56,826 nt of DNA, from IMG/VR virus record IMGVR_UViG_3300045988_168418. The stretch is one strand, 5' to 3'. Under the pieces are notes generated by a model. The model was not told the DNA's origin, did no database searches, and saw only the letters and a program-made list of their open reading frames with translations. Made by a program: the position numbers and the translations under genes. The stretch comes from a virus. This document shows positions 16,844 through 27,338 of the stretch, one piece after another; position 1 is the stretch's first letter, and every line of letters starts with the position of its first letter.

Positions 16844-18025
16844 ATGGCAAAAACTAAAATGGATGTTAATGAGAAAGATATTGATAAAATGGAAGATACT
16901 GTTCTAGATGCTATGGATGAACCTGTTAAAGAAGTTGTTAAAGGCAATTTAAAAAAAATGAGAGAGGAAGCTCAAATCTATTTAAGTAAATTAGACGAAT
17001 TAAAAGATGGAGTTAAAGATATAGAAGATAGGATTAAAAAACTAAAAGAATTTAGACATCAATATTCTAATAAAGTAAAAGTTCCAGGTAGAAAAAAAGC
17101 AGTGTCAGAATATGAATTAATGGATGAATATGTGCATGCAAGAGCAGAAAAGAATAGACTTTTAGCTGGAGATATTCCTAAACAACTTTATGAAAGTAGT
17201 TTTAAGTTTCAAAAAGCTTTAAATGAATTTTTAGGTCAAAAAGTAACAATGGTTTATGTATATAGATATAAAAATCAAGCACCTGTTTTATATGAAATAC
17301 TGAATGAAGATATATTAAAATTTGGAGATGCTTCAAAGTCTGGATTTACAGCTAGATATAAGGCAACTCAAAAACAAATAGAAAATATGTTAGAAAGTAA
17401 AGCTATTCAGCAGTTAGAAATAGGGAATGATTTTAATTTCAATCTTAATAACTTAAATCAAACATATAATGAAGTTATGTTTAGGTTTAGAAAAAGTAAA
17501 AAAGTAACAGGTGGTCATTATATTATATTATGGCAAAATCCATTAAAAACTTGGCATCAGGCTTTTATATCTTCAGAAGGTGATATTAATGAAACTTACG
17601 CTTCTATTGTTTTGACAAATAGACAAGAGCCTAGCTTTGAAATAACTGAAAGCGATATTCTGTTACAATTAGAACTTTTTGTAAAGGACTTTATTGACGA
17701 AGTTTTAAAAGTAGATAGTTTATCTGGGGCGTTAGAAGGAGATTTAGAGATAGGAGAAATTGAATATGGAATTAAATCTGCTGGTGCTTCAGCATTAGGG
17801 CTGCAACAATTAGCAGATTTAGCAAAAAGTATTGTAGAAGATGAAAATTATAGTGAAGAAGAATTATTAAAGAAGAAAAAAGAATTTAAAGAGAACAAAC
17901 AGACAAGAAATAAACTTTTAGAATCATTAGAAGATCAAGTTGATAAGAGTATAAAAGAAGCAATATTAGATGCATACCAGATGGGTGGAAAAAGAGCTTT
18001 AAACAGAGCAAAAAAATTAACTTGA
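16844..18025 (+). CDS. Coiled-coil hypothetical protein (possible tail assembly/chaperone-type)
   Basis: RBS 'ggaggaag'; charged helical sequence; lies between the tail tube and TMP genes. Confidence 0.35.
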   Translation: MAKTKMDVNEKDIDKMEDTVLDAMDEPVKEVVKGNLKKMREEAQIYLSKLDELKDGVKDIEDRIKKLKEFRHQYSNKVKVPGRKKAVSEYELMDEYVHARAEKNRLLAGDIPKQLYESSFKFQKALNEFLGQKVTMVYVYRYKNQAPVLYEILNEDILKFGDASKSGFTARYKATQKQIENMLESKAIQQLEIGNDFNFNLNNLNQTYNEVMFRFRKSKKVTGGHYIILWQNPLKTWHQAFISSEGDINETYASIVLTNRQEPSFEITESDILLQLELFVKDFIDEVLKVDSLSGALEGDLEIGEIEYGIKSAGASALGLQQLADLAKSIVEDENYSEEELLKKKKEFKENKQTRNKLLESLEDQVDKSIKEAILDAYQMGGKRALNRAKKLT

Positions 18026-18050
18026 CAAAAGAAAAATTTTATAGTATAAT
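18022..18050 (+). promoter_or_regulatory. Consensus sigma-70 promoter: TTGACA (18022-18027), 17-nt spacer, TATAAT (18045-18050)
   Basis: Exact hexamers with optimal spacing, 38 nt upstream of the ATG at 18088. Confidence 0.65.
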
Positions 18051-18087
18051 ATTCTTATAAGATGAGACAAAAGGAGAAATAAATAAA

Positions 18088-18621
18088 ATGAAAGTAAGTT
18101 ATGCAAATTTAAAATTAAAAACTAAAGATGAAATTAAAACTTTTAATTTTAATAATACAGAAATAGAAGTTAAACAATATTTACCTATTGAAGATAAATA
18201 TGATTTAGTTATGATTACTTTACAAAAAGCAGAAGAAAATGGTATTTATAATGCTTTAAAATTAGATATGTATTTTCATTTGCATTTAGTTTATATGTAT
18301 ACTAATTTAAGTTTTACAGAAAAACAAAAAGAGAATGAAATGAAAATTTATGATACTTTAGAGAGCAATGGTTTTATTGATAAAATGATTGAAGTTATTC
18401 CTGAAGAAGAATATAATGCTTTATTCACTTTTATGGATGAAATAATGCTTAATACTTTAAATTATACCAATACCGCGGGAGCCGTTATTCAAAGTATTAT
18501 AAATGATTTACCTAAAAACGCAAAAGTTGCTAAAGATATAGTTGATTCTTTTGATAAAGAAAAATATCAAGAGGTAATTGAATTTGCGAAAGCGGCTAAT
18601 GGAAATCGTCCAATTGGGTAA
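18088..18621 (+). CDS. Tail assembly chaperone-like protein (hypothetical)
   Basis: Acidic 177-aa ORF immediately upstream of the TMP; RBS 'aaaggaga'. Confidence 0.35.
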   Translation: MKVSYANLKLKTKDEIKTFNFNNTEIEVKQYLPIEDKYDLVMITLQKAEENGIYNALKLDMYFHLHLVYMYTNLSFTEKQKENEMKIYDTLESNGFIDKMIEVIPEEEYNALFTFMDEIMLNTLNYTNTAGAVIQSIINDLPKNAKVAKDIVDSFDKEKYQEVIEFAKAANGNRPIG

Positions 18622-18639
18622 AATAAATTAATAAAAATG

Positions 18640-18678
18640 CCTTTATTATCATATTATGGTAGTAAAGGTATTTTTTTT
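18640..18678 (+). terminator. Weak terminator/attenuator hairpin before the TMP gene
   Basis: 'cctttatta' (18640-18648) pairs with 'tagtaaagg' (18660-18668) with one G·U; followed by T8. Confidence 0.4.
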
Positions 18679-18705
18679 ATGCGTAATTTTAGGAGGTAAA
18701 AGGAT

Positions 18706-21700
18706 ATGGCGGCTACAAATCGTATTGATTTTACAGTTGGCTTTAATACAGACCAAAGCGGTTTATCAACCATTAAGAAGTCATTAGAAGAAATTCAAAA
18801 GATGACTTCTAGTGATTTGATGAGTTTAAATAAAGGTATGGATTTAAGCGAAGCCAATAGCAGATTAACCCAGATAAAAGAATCTGCTAGTCAAGTTCAA
18901 AAAGCGTTAGATAAAGCTTTTAACGCAGATTTAGGAACATTAAATGTTTCTAAATTTAATAACGAATTAAAAAATTTAGATATAAACAAAATTTATAATG
19001 ATTTTAATAGTGCGGGTTCGGCAGGACAAACTGCATTTAAAAATATGACAACTCAGGTTTTAACTACTAATATGCAGTTAAAACAAACTCATAGCTTCTT
19101 AGAAAATATGGCTACAACTTTGTCTAATACTATTAAATGGAATATTGCGTCTGGAGCTATGAACGCATTAACTAATAATGTACAACAAGCAGTTAATTAT
19201 GTTGAGAAATTAGATACTTCATTAAATAATATTAGAGTCGTAACTGGCAAATCTGCGGAAGAGATGCGTGATTTCGCGGAATCTGCAAGTCAAACCGCCC
19301 AGGAACTATCTGCAAGTACGAGAGATATAACTGAAGGAGCTTTAATTTACTATCAACAGGGTGATACAGATGAAAATGCTCTTGCTAAAGCTGAGATTAC
19401 TCAGAAAACCGCGAATGTATCTCAGATTAGCTCAGAACAGGCTGCGGAATATTTAACTGCGGTTTGGAATGGTTATAAAGTAGCTAATGAAGCTGCGGCT
19501 GAAGGAATGGACGTTTATGAAAAATATGTAGATAAGTTAGCGGCTGTAGCAGCTACAACTGCGTCAGACTTGGCTGAATCTTCTATGGCTATTTCTAAAG
19601 TGGCTTCCGCAGCAAGTTCTATGGGTGTTGACTTTGATCAGTTAAATGCTCAGATTGCGACTATTATTTCTGTTACCCGCCAAGCACCAGAATCAGTAGG
19701 TACAGCTTTAAAAACAATTTATGCTCGTATGGGTGATCTAGCTGTTGATGGTGTTGATGAATTTGGAGTTTCTCTTGGTGAAGTTTCTGGAAAGATGAAA
19801 ACAATGGGCATTGACATCTTAGATGAGAATGGTCATCTAAAAGAGATGGGAAATGTTATTGAAGAAGTAGCAGGTAAGTGGAGTACTTGGACAGACGAAC
19901 AAAGACAAGCGGCAGCAGTTGCAATCGCGGGTAAGAGACAGTATAATAACTTAATTGCTTTATTTGATAACTGGGATATGTACACTGATGCTTTAGACAC
20001 TTCTAAAAATGCATTGGGAACTCTTGAAGAGCAACAAGATATTTATTCTGAAAGAACAGAAGCTCATATCCAAAGAATGAGAACTACTTTCGAGGATTTA
20101 TATGACTCTTTATTAAAGCCAGAAGCTATTAATGAAGTTGTTGATGGAATTACTTTTGTTGTAGATAAAATTGCAACATTGGTTGATAATATCGGCGGTG
20201 GTAAGACTGTTCTTGCTGAGTTAGGATCTTTAGGTGTAAGAGTATTTAGTAAACAAATCGCTGGTGGTATTTCTACAACTATAGCTAATTTTAAAAATGT
20301 AAAATCTAATGCTGAACAACTTAATGCTCAGTTAGAGATTCTACAACAGTATAAAGGATTATCTGCATTAGACGAAGATACTAAAGAATTAGTAAATATG
20401 AAGCAAGAGATTGTGGATTTAGGATCTGTTGCTACTACTGAACAACAGAACATTGCTAACGGTTTTATTGAACAAATAAATGCTTTGCAAAATCAAAAGA
20501 AACAGTTAGAAGAGAATGAGGAAGCTGCAAAAAATCTTTATAAGGCTTTAACTAATGAAGAATTAGACTTAGATAGCCTTAGAGGGAAGGGCGAAGGAGC
20601 AAAAAATACAGATACATATGACAAAATTAAGAAGCAAGTAGATGAGACTCAGAAACAATATAAAAGTTTGAATAAAGAAGCCTCTAATTATGCTGGGGCT
20701 TTGACTTTAGCTACTTTTAATCAAAGACAAGCTTCTAAAGATAATTCAAAGCAAGAAGAGGCAATTAAATCTTATGAAGCTTTAACTACCGCTGTAAAAA
20801 ATTATAATGATGAAGTAAAAAAAATAGTTTCTTCAAGTCCAGAAGTCGCAAGTGCTTATGAAAATTTTAATAAGAAATTAAAAGAGTATAGTGAACTCAC
20901 AGGAAATGCTGAAAAATCGGTAGGAGAATTAATTGCGACTTACCCAGAATTAAGCAAAGCTTTCAAAGAGGTAACAGAAGCAAGTAAAGATTATGCTAGT
21001 CAAGCGGCAAGTGATGCACAGAAGGTTATGAAAACTGCACAAGATGTCGCTGCAGGGACAGGGGAAAAAGTAAAAGAAAAGTTAGATGAGTCTCGCTCTG
21101 CATGGAAAAGCTTTATAGATGATGTAAGAAATACTGCGGTTATTCAATCAGCTTTAGACATCGCGGGTTCTATTGGAGAAATAGGTTCTTCTATAGCTGG
21201 TTTAAAAGGAGTATGGGATGTTTTTTCAGATGAATCTTTATCTACAACAGAGAAATTAGGACAATCCTTTACTATTTTGCTTTCTACTTTACCGCTTCTT
21301 ATAAATGGGATTCAAGGACTTCAAGCAGGTCTTATAACTTTGGCTCAAACTGCAATTCCAGCTCTAGCTGGCTCTTCTTTAACTGCGGGGGAAGCATTTT
21401 TAGCATTATTTTCAGCCTCTTGGATTGGTTGGGCTGCGGCGGCGGCAGCAGCGATTGGGATAGTAGTATTCGCTATAGACAAAATGACTGTAAGTGCAAA
21501 AGAAGCAAAAGAAGCTTTAGAGAGTCAATTTGAAGAATATGAGAAGGCTCAACAGGAAGTAGACGAATTAAATTCTAAATTAGAAACGACGCAAGAAAGA
21601 TTAAAAGAACTGTATCAAATTTCTCCAGATGAACTTACTCTTGCACAAAAGGAAGAATTAAGAACCTTAGAAGCTCAAAACGCGGCATTAGCAACACAGC

Positions 21701-24700
21701 TTGAGCTAAGAAAGAAAGTTGCAAAAGCTGAGGAAAAGAAAACAGTAGAAGCCGCAGAACAAGCCGCAAAAAAAGACGCATATGGTAAAGAACTTGACGC
21801 AGCATCGGTAGACGCGTCAGTAGATAGAAGCCAATTAGCAGAGGTATCTGGAGTAGATATTGGAAATGGAAGGAAAGTTCAAGATATACTTCTTGATGAC
21901 TCTGTTGCTAAGTTTCAACTAGGCGATGAGAAAGCTTATAAGGAATATAAAGCTGAAGTAGAATACTCTATTTCTGAAATTAGAGAATTACTAGCGAAAA
22001 AGAATACTGGAATCAATTATGATCAGAGAGAAGCTTTAAGTGCTTATGTAAATAACTTAGAGCATACTCTATCAGCAGTAAATAAGAAATGGGAAAATTC
22101 TTCTGGTGAAGTTTCTAAAAGTTTAACAGACGCGTATAATAACGCTTTAAAACAGATTCCTTTGTTAGAAGAAGCTGGTTCAGAATATGTTGACTATTAC
22201 TATAATATTGTCGAACAGTATTATAGAAAGACAGATACATTAGGTTTCGCTACTAAGCAAGCTTTCGGTGAAGCTTTAAGTGAAAATAAAGAAGCTTTTG
22301 ATAAAATGAAAGCGGAGATAGAAAAAGAAGGCGGAATTGATGTATTATTAGCGGATGATGGCAAAAAGCTACGAAATGTTATAGGTAGTAATGCTTTTGA
22401 ATCTTTAAAAGAATACTCTACTCAAACAGGACTTTCTTTAGAAACTTTATTAAAGAGTCTTGATGAGATTGATGCTAAATATGATGATATTAAAGATGGA
22501 GCATCTATTGCAGCTAACACAGAGAAAAAAGAAATTGAAGAACTAACGAAAAAACAAGAAGAGTATCAAGAAGAATTAGATAAAAAATCTGTAATTGGAG
22601 ATATTTCTTCTCAGTTGGCTAGTGAAGGTAGCTTAGATAAATTAAGTAAAACCAAAGAAGGAAAGGCTACTTTAGAGACTTTTAATCAGATGTTAGAGGA
22701 AACCGCAGGCATCTATAATAAAAATGTAAGTGCGGCTCAAGAGTTTGAAGAAGCTGCTACTAGAGGTGTTCTTGGACAAATAGAATACCTAGAAGATTTA
22801 AGAGAAGCAGATTCTAATTATTATACTGAAGTTATCGAGTTAGAAAAACAAAAATTAGAAGCGGAATTAGATTCTAATAAAAAAATATTAGAAGGATATG
22901 CACAGAGAAAAACTGAATTAACTATGCATATCAATCAGCTAGAGGATATAAGAGAGAAAGAAGGTTCTCTTAGCAAAGAACAACTAGATGAGCTTAGTAA
23001 TGCTCAAGTTGAATTAGAAGCAGTTACAGAAAAATATAATGAATATCAAAACGCTGTTTCAGATACAAAGAAAGAAATAGAGGATACTGATTGGGAATTA
23101 AAAATTGATTTAGCTGGGGTTGAAGAAATCTTAAGCATTGGTGATTCTGTTCTAAGTGAATCTGATAAAATTAGAGAAGCTGCGATGATGATTGGAGAGG
23201 GATATATCGTTGCATCTGAAGATGCTAAAAAATTAGCAGAAGTTTTCCCTGAGATACTAGATGGTGCCCAGGTAATGGCAGATGGACAAATTCAACTTCA
23301 AGAAGATGTTGCTAAAGATGCATTAGGTAATCAAGAAAGTATCCTTGATGGCGATGTAGAATCTACTAACGCTAGAATAGAAAATGAGATTCAACTATTG
23401 ACTGCAAAAAAAGAATCTGCTGAAGCCGAATTAGCGATGGCTAAGTCTGTTGCTGAAGGTGGAGTAAAATTAACTAAAGAACAAATAGAGAAAATTTCTA
23501 ATGGGCGTCAACAACTAACTAATTATTTAATGAAGTTAGGTTTAGAAGAAGCTGATGCTAATAAAGCAGTAGCTGCCGCGATGTCAGGTAATATGGATGA
23601 ATATAATCGTATTACTGCGAATGTTTCAGATGATGTAGCTCATAACTTAGCACAATCTTTATCTGATGCAGCAACGTCAGCTAAGGAAAATTCTTCTAAT
23701 ATGGTTACTTCGGTTTCTGCGGTAGGCGAACAGGCAAGTAAAGTGGCTAACCAAATTAAAAATATGCCTAAAGGAATCAAAACTGATGTTTCGAAAGTGA
23801 ATGTTGGAGGTGGAGGAACAGGAGGTTCGAACTTTACAGCTACCACAAATAAGGGAGATTTTAAAGGAGTCGATCCGGTTGAATCTTCTGCTTCTTTACC
23901 AGAAATAGATGAGTGGATAAGTGATCTTGAGCTAGATATTTCCACTTATGAACAAAGCATTTCTAGAATGAGAGCATTACAAGCAACTTTGTATGAAAAT
24001 GCTGGTTCAACCAAAAAAGCCCTCGATAGTGCAAAATCTGGTTTAGGTGGTTCAACACCTTTTGAAAAAGATAAAAGTGGTAAAGGTGGAAAAGGTGGTA
24101 GTGGAGGAAAAGGCTCTTCATCAGATGCACAAGCAGATACGATGGATTTATTGCAAGATGAGGCTGAAGTATATCACGACATAGATCTTCAAATAAAAGA
24201 TATCACAAAAGACTTAGATGCTTTACAGAAAAAACAAGAAAAGCTTGCTGGTAAAGAACTAACTAAAAATCTTCAAGAACAGTTAGATTTATTAGAAAAG
24301 CAAAAAGAAGCGTATGCTACAAAAATAGAGGTAGCTAAAATTAGGTCTAGTACGTATAAATCTGCACTTAAAGCAGAAGGAGTCACTTTTAACGCAGATG
24401 GAGACATAACTAATTATTTTAAAATTATGCAAACTAAAATGGATAATGTCAATAAAATGATTACTAAATATAATGGCATGTCCAAAGAAGAGCAAAAGAA
24501 ATATAAGCAAACAGTTGAAGCTGCAAAAAAGGATTATGAGAAATTTAAAAAGATTCTTAGCAAATATGAAGAGTTAAATGCAGATGAAAAAGAGATAGAA
24601 AAACAACAGCAAGAAATAGAAGATAAAGCTACAGAAGTAAGAATTAAGAAGTTTACTTTAAAAGTTGACTTAGCTCTTGATACAGCTCAAGCAGAGAGAG

Positions 24701-27234
24701 ATTTTAATGCTTTTAAAAAGAAAGTTATTGATGGCATAAAAGATGATGACTTCGCGGGTCAAGCTAACGCTTTACTATCTAATTTTAGTTCATATGTAAA
24801 GCCAGATGGTACAGGCGAGATTCAAGCTTTAACAGATCAGCTTAATAAAACTAAAAGTGAAATTGAAATTATGGAAGCTGGCGGAAAATCAACTATTTAT
24901 GGAGATAACCTTGCTAAAGCTTATGAAGATTTAGAGAAGTATGAAAAAAATGCGGAAACCGCGTTAGAAAATTATGCACAAATATCAAAGGATATTGAAG
25001 AGACTTATTTAAGTGCAATAGATAAAGCTCAAGAAAAACTAGACGAACAATCAGAACAATATGAATTTATATCTGATTTAATTGACCATGATAAAGATGT
25101 AATTGGTTTAATTTATGGCGATAAAGCTTATTCTCAATTAGCTAAATATTATGAGATGCAAAGAAAAAATAATAATGATAATTTGGACTTTGCAAGAAAA
25201 CAGGTAGAATTCTGGAAACAGAGAATGGATAACGAAGAAAAAGATTCCAAAGCTTGGAAAGAATATAAAGCTAATTATGAAAAAGCGGTTACTGATTTAA
25301 ACTCAAAAGTTAAGAGTTCTATTGAGGAAGTTATTGAAGAATACAAAAATACTATAAATAAAATCTTTGAAGATATTAACAAGAGACTAACCAATGGAAG
25401 CGGATTAGATCATGTTAAAGATCAATGGGATTTAATTAACAAAAATGCAGATATGTATTTGGATAGTATCAATTCTTCTTTTGAAATTCAAAAACTTCAA
25501 AATAAGTATTTAGATTCTATTGATAATACAAGTAGTTTATCTGCTCAAAAGAAATTGAATAACCTGATGAATGAGCAAATTGAAATGCTTAAAGCTAAGG
25601 AAAAATTGACTCAATATGACGTAGATCGTGCTAATGCACTATACGAAATAGCTTTAAAAGAAATTGCTTTGCAAGATGCTCAAAAAAATAAGTCAAAAAT
25701 GAGATTGAGACGTGATTCTCAAGGAAATTATAGTTATCAATATGTTTCTGATGAAGACAGTATAGCTCAAGCACAGCAAGAGCTATTAGAAGCTCAAAAT
25801 TCTCTCTATAATTTGGATAAAGACAAGTATAAGAGTAATTTAGATGAAATCTATAGCACTTATTCTGAGTTCCAACAGAAATTATTAGAACTGTATTCAG
25901 ATACCACTCTTGCAGATGAAGAAAGAGAAGAAAAGAAAAAGTTATTAGCAGAACAATATGGCGAAATAATAAATAACTTAGTTGAACAAAATGAGCAAGT
26001 TAAGCAGAATCTTCAGGATACAACTTTCCAAGAATTAGCTAAAAAGTATAATACCGATGTAGCTAACTTCCAAGGAATGTCAGATGAGGAAAAGAGAATC
26101 TTAATGGAGAGCATGATTCCGCAATGGAATTCAGGCGTTCAGCAAATGACTGATAAATTTGCGGGAGAAGGCGGTTTTATTCCAACTTGTGAAAATGCCT
26201 TTAAACAGCTAGATGAAGCTTTGCTTACTTACAAGAATAATTTAAGCGAAACAAGCGAACGCTCAGGGGTAGATTTCAACAAGATTGCTGAAGGATATGA
26301 TATGAATATCCAAAAAGCTAAAGAGCTTCTTGAGGAAAATGATAAGTTACTTGAAAAATACAAGGCTCAATTAGAAGCTGTTCAAGATGTACTTCAAGAA
26401 GTAAAACAGTTAGAAGAAGCTTATAGAGGTGTTGCGGCAGCTGCTATTTCTGCGGTTACAGAAGCTAATAAATTAAAGCAACAGAAGGATAAAGAAGCGA
26501 GAGAAGCAGCAGATAAAGAGGCTGCTGAAAATGGTAAAAGCGGAGATAATAACAAGAATAACAAAAGTAATAAAGGTGGAGGAAAGACTACAATCGTTGA
26601 TGTCAAAGCGGATCCTTCTGATACTCCAGCAAGTGCAGTTGACATGGACGAAGGTAGTAAGAAATTTAAAGTTGGAGATAAGGTTAAATTACTAAAAGGA
26701 AAAAGATATTATTATACGTCTGAAGGAGCTGAACCTTCAGGAAATAGAGGAGCTGGACAGAATAAACCTGGTACAATTACTCAGATTGAAAAGGGAGCTA
26801 AAAAGCCTATTCATGTTCAGAGTAATGACGGTCCATTCGGATGGCTTACGAAAGATGATATCAAGAAATTTGATACTGGTGGATATACTGGAGCATGGAA
26901 CGGAAATGAGGGAAAAGTTGGTATTCTTCATCAAAAAGAATTAGTTTTGAATAAAGAAGATACTAAAAATTTCTTATCTGCTATGAATGTTGTTAGAAGT
27001 TTAGACAGTGTTTTAGATACAATTAATGCATCTATGATGGATAGACTGATTGGGTTACTAGCTCAGACTACTACTTCTTTGAGCGGCTTTTCCGCATCTC
27101 AAGATTTGACTATTGACCAGAAAGTCCAAATAGAAGCTTCTTTCCCGAATGTTCAAAATTCTGGAGAAATTGAAAAGGCATTTAAAAATTTAGTAAATTA
27201 TGCAAGTCAACACGCATATGATACTAAACGTTAG
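18706..27234 (+). CDS. Tail tape measure protein, 2842 aa
   Basis: Giant alpha-helical/coiled-coil ORF; hydrophobic segments 'LSTLPLLINGIQGLQAGLITLAQTAIPALAG...WIGWAAAAAAAIGIVVFAI'; Gly-rich stretches 'GGGGTGGSNF' and 'GKGGKGGSGGKG'; sits between the chaperone and distal tail genes. Confidence 0.85.
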   Translation: MAATNRIDFTVGFNTDQSGLSTIKKSLEEIQKMTSSDLMSLNKGMDLSEANSRLTQIKESASQVQKALDKAFNADLGTLNVSKFNNELKNLDINKIYNDFNSAGSAGQTAFKNMTTQVLTTNMQLKQTHSFLENMATTLSNTIKWNIASGAMNALTNNVQQAVNYVEKLDTSLNNIRVVTGKSAEEMRDFAESASQTAQELSASTRDITEGALIYYQQGDTDENALAKAEITQKTANVSQISSEQAAEYLTAVWNGYKVANEAAAEGMDVYEKYVDKLAAVAATTASDLAESSMAISKVASAASSMGVDFDQLNAQIATIISVTRQAPESVGTALKTIYARMGDLAVDGVDEFGVSLGEVSGKMKTMGIDILDENGHLKEMGNVIEEVAGKWSTWTDEQRQAAAVAIAGKRQYNNLIALFDNWDMYTDALDTSKNALGTLEEQQDIYSERTEAHIQRMRTTFEDLYDSLLKPEAINEVVDGITFVVDKIATLVDNIGGGKTVLAELGSLGVRVFSKQIAGGISTTIANFKNVKSNAEQLNAQLEILQQYKGLSALDEDTKELVNMKQEIVDLGSVATTEQQNIANGFIEQINALQNQKKQLEENEEAAKNLYKALTNEELDLDSLRGKGEGAKNTDTYDKIKKQVDETQKQYKSLNKEASNYAGALTLATFNQRQASKDNSKQEEAIKSYEALTTAVKNYNDEVKKIVSSSPEVASAYENFNKKLKEYSELTGNAEKSVGELIATYPELSKAFKEVTEASKDYASQAASDAQKVMKTAQDVAAGTGEKVKEKLDESRSAWKSFIDDVRNTAVIQSALDIAGSIGEIGSSIAGLKGVWDVFSDESLSTTEKLGQSFTILLSTLPLLINGIQGLQAGLITLAQTAIPALAGSSLTAGEAFLALFSASWIGWAAAAAAAIGIVVFAIDKMTVSAKEAKEALESQFEEYEKAQQEVDELNSKLETTQERLKELYQISPDELTLAQKEELRTLEAQNAALATQLELRKKVAKAEEKKTVEAAEQAAKKDAYGKELDAASVDASVDRSQLAEVSGVDIGNGRKVQDILLDDSVAKFQLGDEKAYKEYKAEVEYSISEIRELLAKKNTGINYDQREALSAYVNNLEHTLSAVNKKWENSSGEVSKSLTDAYNNALKQIPLLEEAGSEYVDYYYNIVEQYYRKTDTLGFATKQAFGEALSENKEAFDKMKAEIEKEGGIDVLLADDGKKLRNVIGSNAFESLKEYSTQTGLSLETLLKSLDEIDAKYDDIKDGASIAANTEKKEIEELTKKQEEYQEELDKKSVIGDISSQLASEGSLDKLSKTKEGKATLETFNQMLEETAGIYNKNVSAAQEFEEAATRGVLGQIEYLEDLREADSNYYTEVIELEKQKLEAELDSNKKILEGYAQRKTELTMHINQLEDIREKEGSLSKEQLDELSNAQVELEAVTEKYNEYQNAVSDTKKEIEDTDWELKIDLAGVEEILSIGDSVLSESDKIREAAMMIGEGYIVASEDAKKLAEVFPEILDGAQVMADGQIQLQEDVAKDALGNQESILDGDVESTNARIENEIQLLTAKKESAEAELAMAKSVAEGGVKLTKEQIEKISNGRQQLTNYLMKLGLEEADANKAVAAAMSGNMDEYNRITANVSDDVAHNLAQSLSDAATSAKENSSNMVTSVSAVGEQASKVANQIKNMPKGIKTDVSKVNVGGGGTGGSNFTATTNKGDFKGVDPVESSASLPEIDEWISDLELDISTYEQSISRMRALQATLYENAGSTKKALDSAKSGLGGSTPFEKDKSGKGGKGGSGGKGSSSDAQADTMDLLQDEAEVYHDIDLQIKDITKDLDALQKKQEKLAGKELTKNLQEQLDLLEKQKEAYATKIEVAKIRSSTYKSALKAEGVTFNADGDITNYFKIMQTKMDNVNKMITKYNGMSKEEQKKYKQTVEAAKKDYEKFKKILSKYEELNADEKEIEKQQQEIEDKATEVRIKKFTLKVDLALDTAQAERDFNAFKKKVIDGIKDDDFAGQANALLSNFSSYVKPDGTGEIQALTDQLNKTKSEIEIMEAGGKSTIYGDNLAKAYEDLEKYEKNAETALENYAQISKDIEETYLSAIDKAQEKLDEQSEQYEFISDLIDHDKDVIGLIYGDKAYSQLAKYYEMQRKNNNDNLDFARKQVEFWKQRMDNEEKDSKAWKEYKANYEKAVTDLNSKVKSSIEEVIEEYKNTINKIFEDINKRLTNGSGLDHVKDQWDLINKNADMYLDSINSSFEIQKLQNKYLDSIDNTSSLSAQKKLNNLMNEQIEMLKAKEKLTQYDVDRANALYEIALKEIALQDAQKNKSKMRLRRDSQGNYSYQYVSDEDSIAQAQQELLEAQNSLYNLDKDKYKSNLDEIYSTYSEFQQKLLELYSDTTLADEEREEKKKLLAEQYGEIINNLVEQNEQVKQNLQDTTFQELAKKYNTDVANFQGMSDEEKRILMESMIPQWNSGVQQMTDKFAGEGGFIPTCENAFKQLDEALLTYKNNLSETSERSGVDFNKIAEGYDMNIQKAKELLEENDKLLEKYKAQLEAVQDVLQEVKQLEEAYRGVAAAAISAVTEANKLKQQKDKEAREAADKEAAENGKSGDNNKNNKSNKGGGKTTIVDVKADPSDTPASAVDMDEGSKKFKVGDKVKLLKGKRYYYTSEGAEPSGNRGAGQNKPGTITQIEKGAKKPIHVQSNDGPFGWLTKDDIKKFDTGGYTGAWNGNEGKVGILHQKELVLNKEDTKNFLSAMNVVRSLDSVLDTINASMMDRLIGLLAQTTTSLSGFSASQDLTIDQKVQIEASFPNVQNSGEIEKAFKNLVNYASQHAYDTKR

Positions 27235-27236
27235 AT

Positions 27237-27268
27237 AAGAGAGGTTTTATAACCTCTCTTATTTTTTT
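27237..27268 (+). terminator. Rho-independent terminator
   Basis: 'aagagaggtt-ttat-aacctctctt' followed by T8. Confidence 0.7.
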
Positions 27269-27338
27269 GGACATTTTTATTTAAAAATCTTTAATAAAAA
27301 ATTATATTTTATATAAAGAGAGAAAAGGAGTGTATAAG

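Noticed and set aside
16844-18621. Looked for the canonical G/G-T tail-chaperone programmed -1 frameshift between the two ORFs preceding the TMP.
   Set aside because: The ORFs are separated by 62 nt containing a consensus promoter and do not overlap. No slippery heptamer with a downstream overlapping frame was found.
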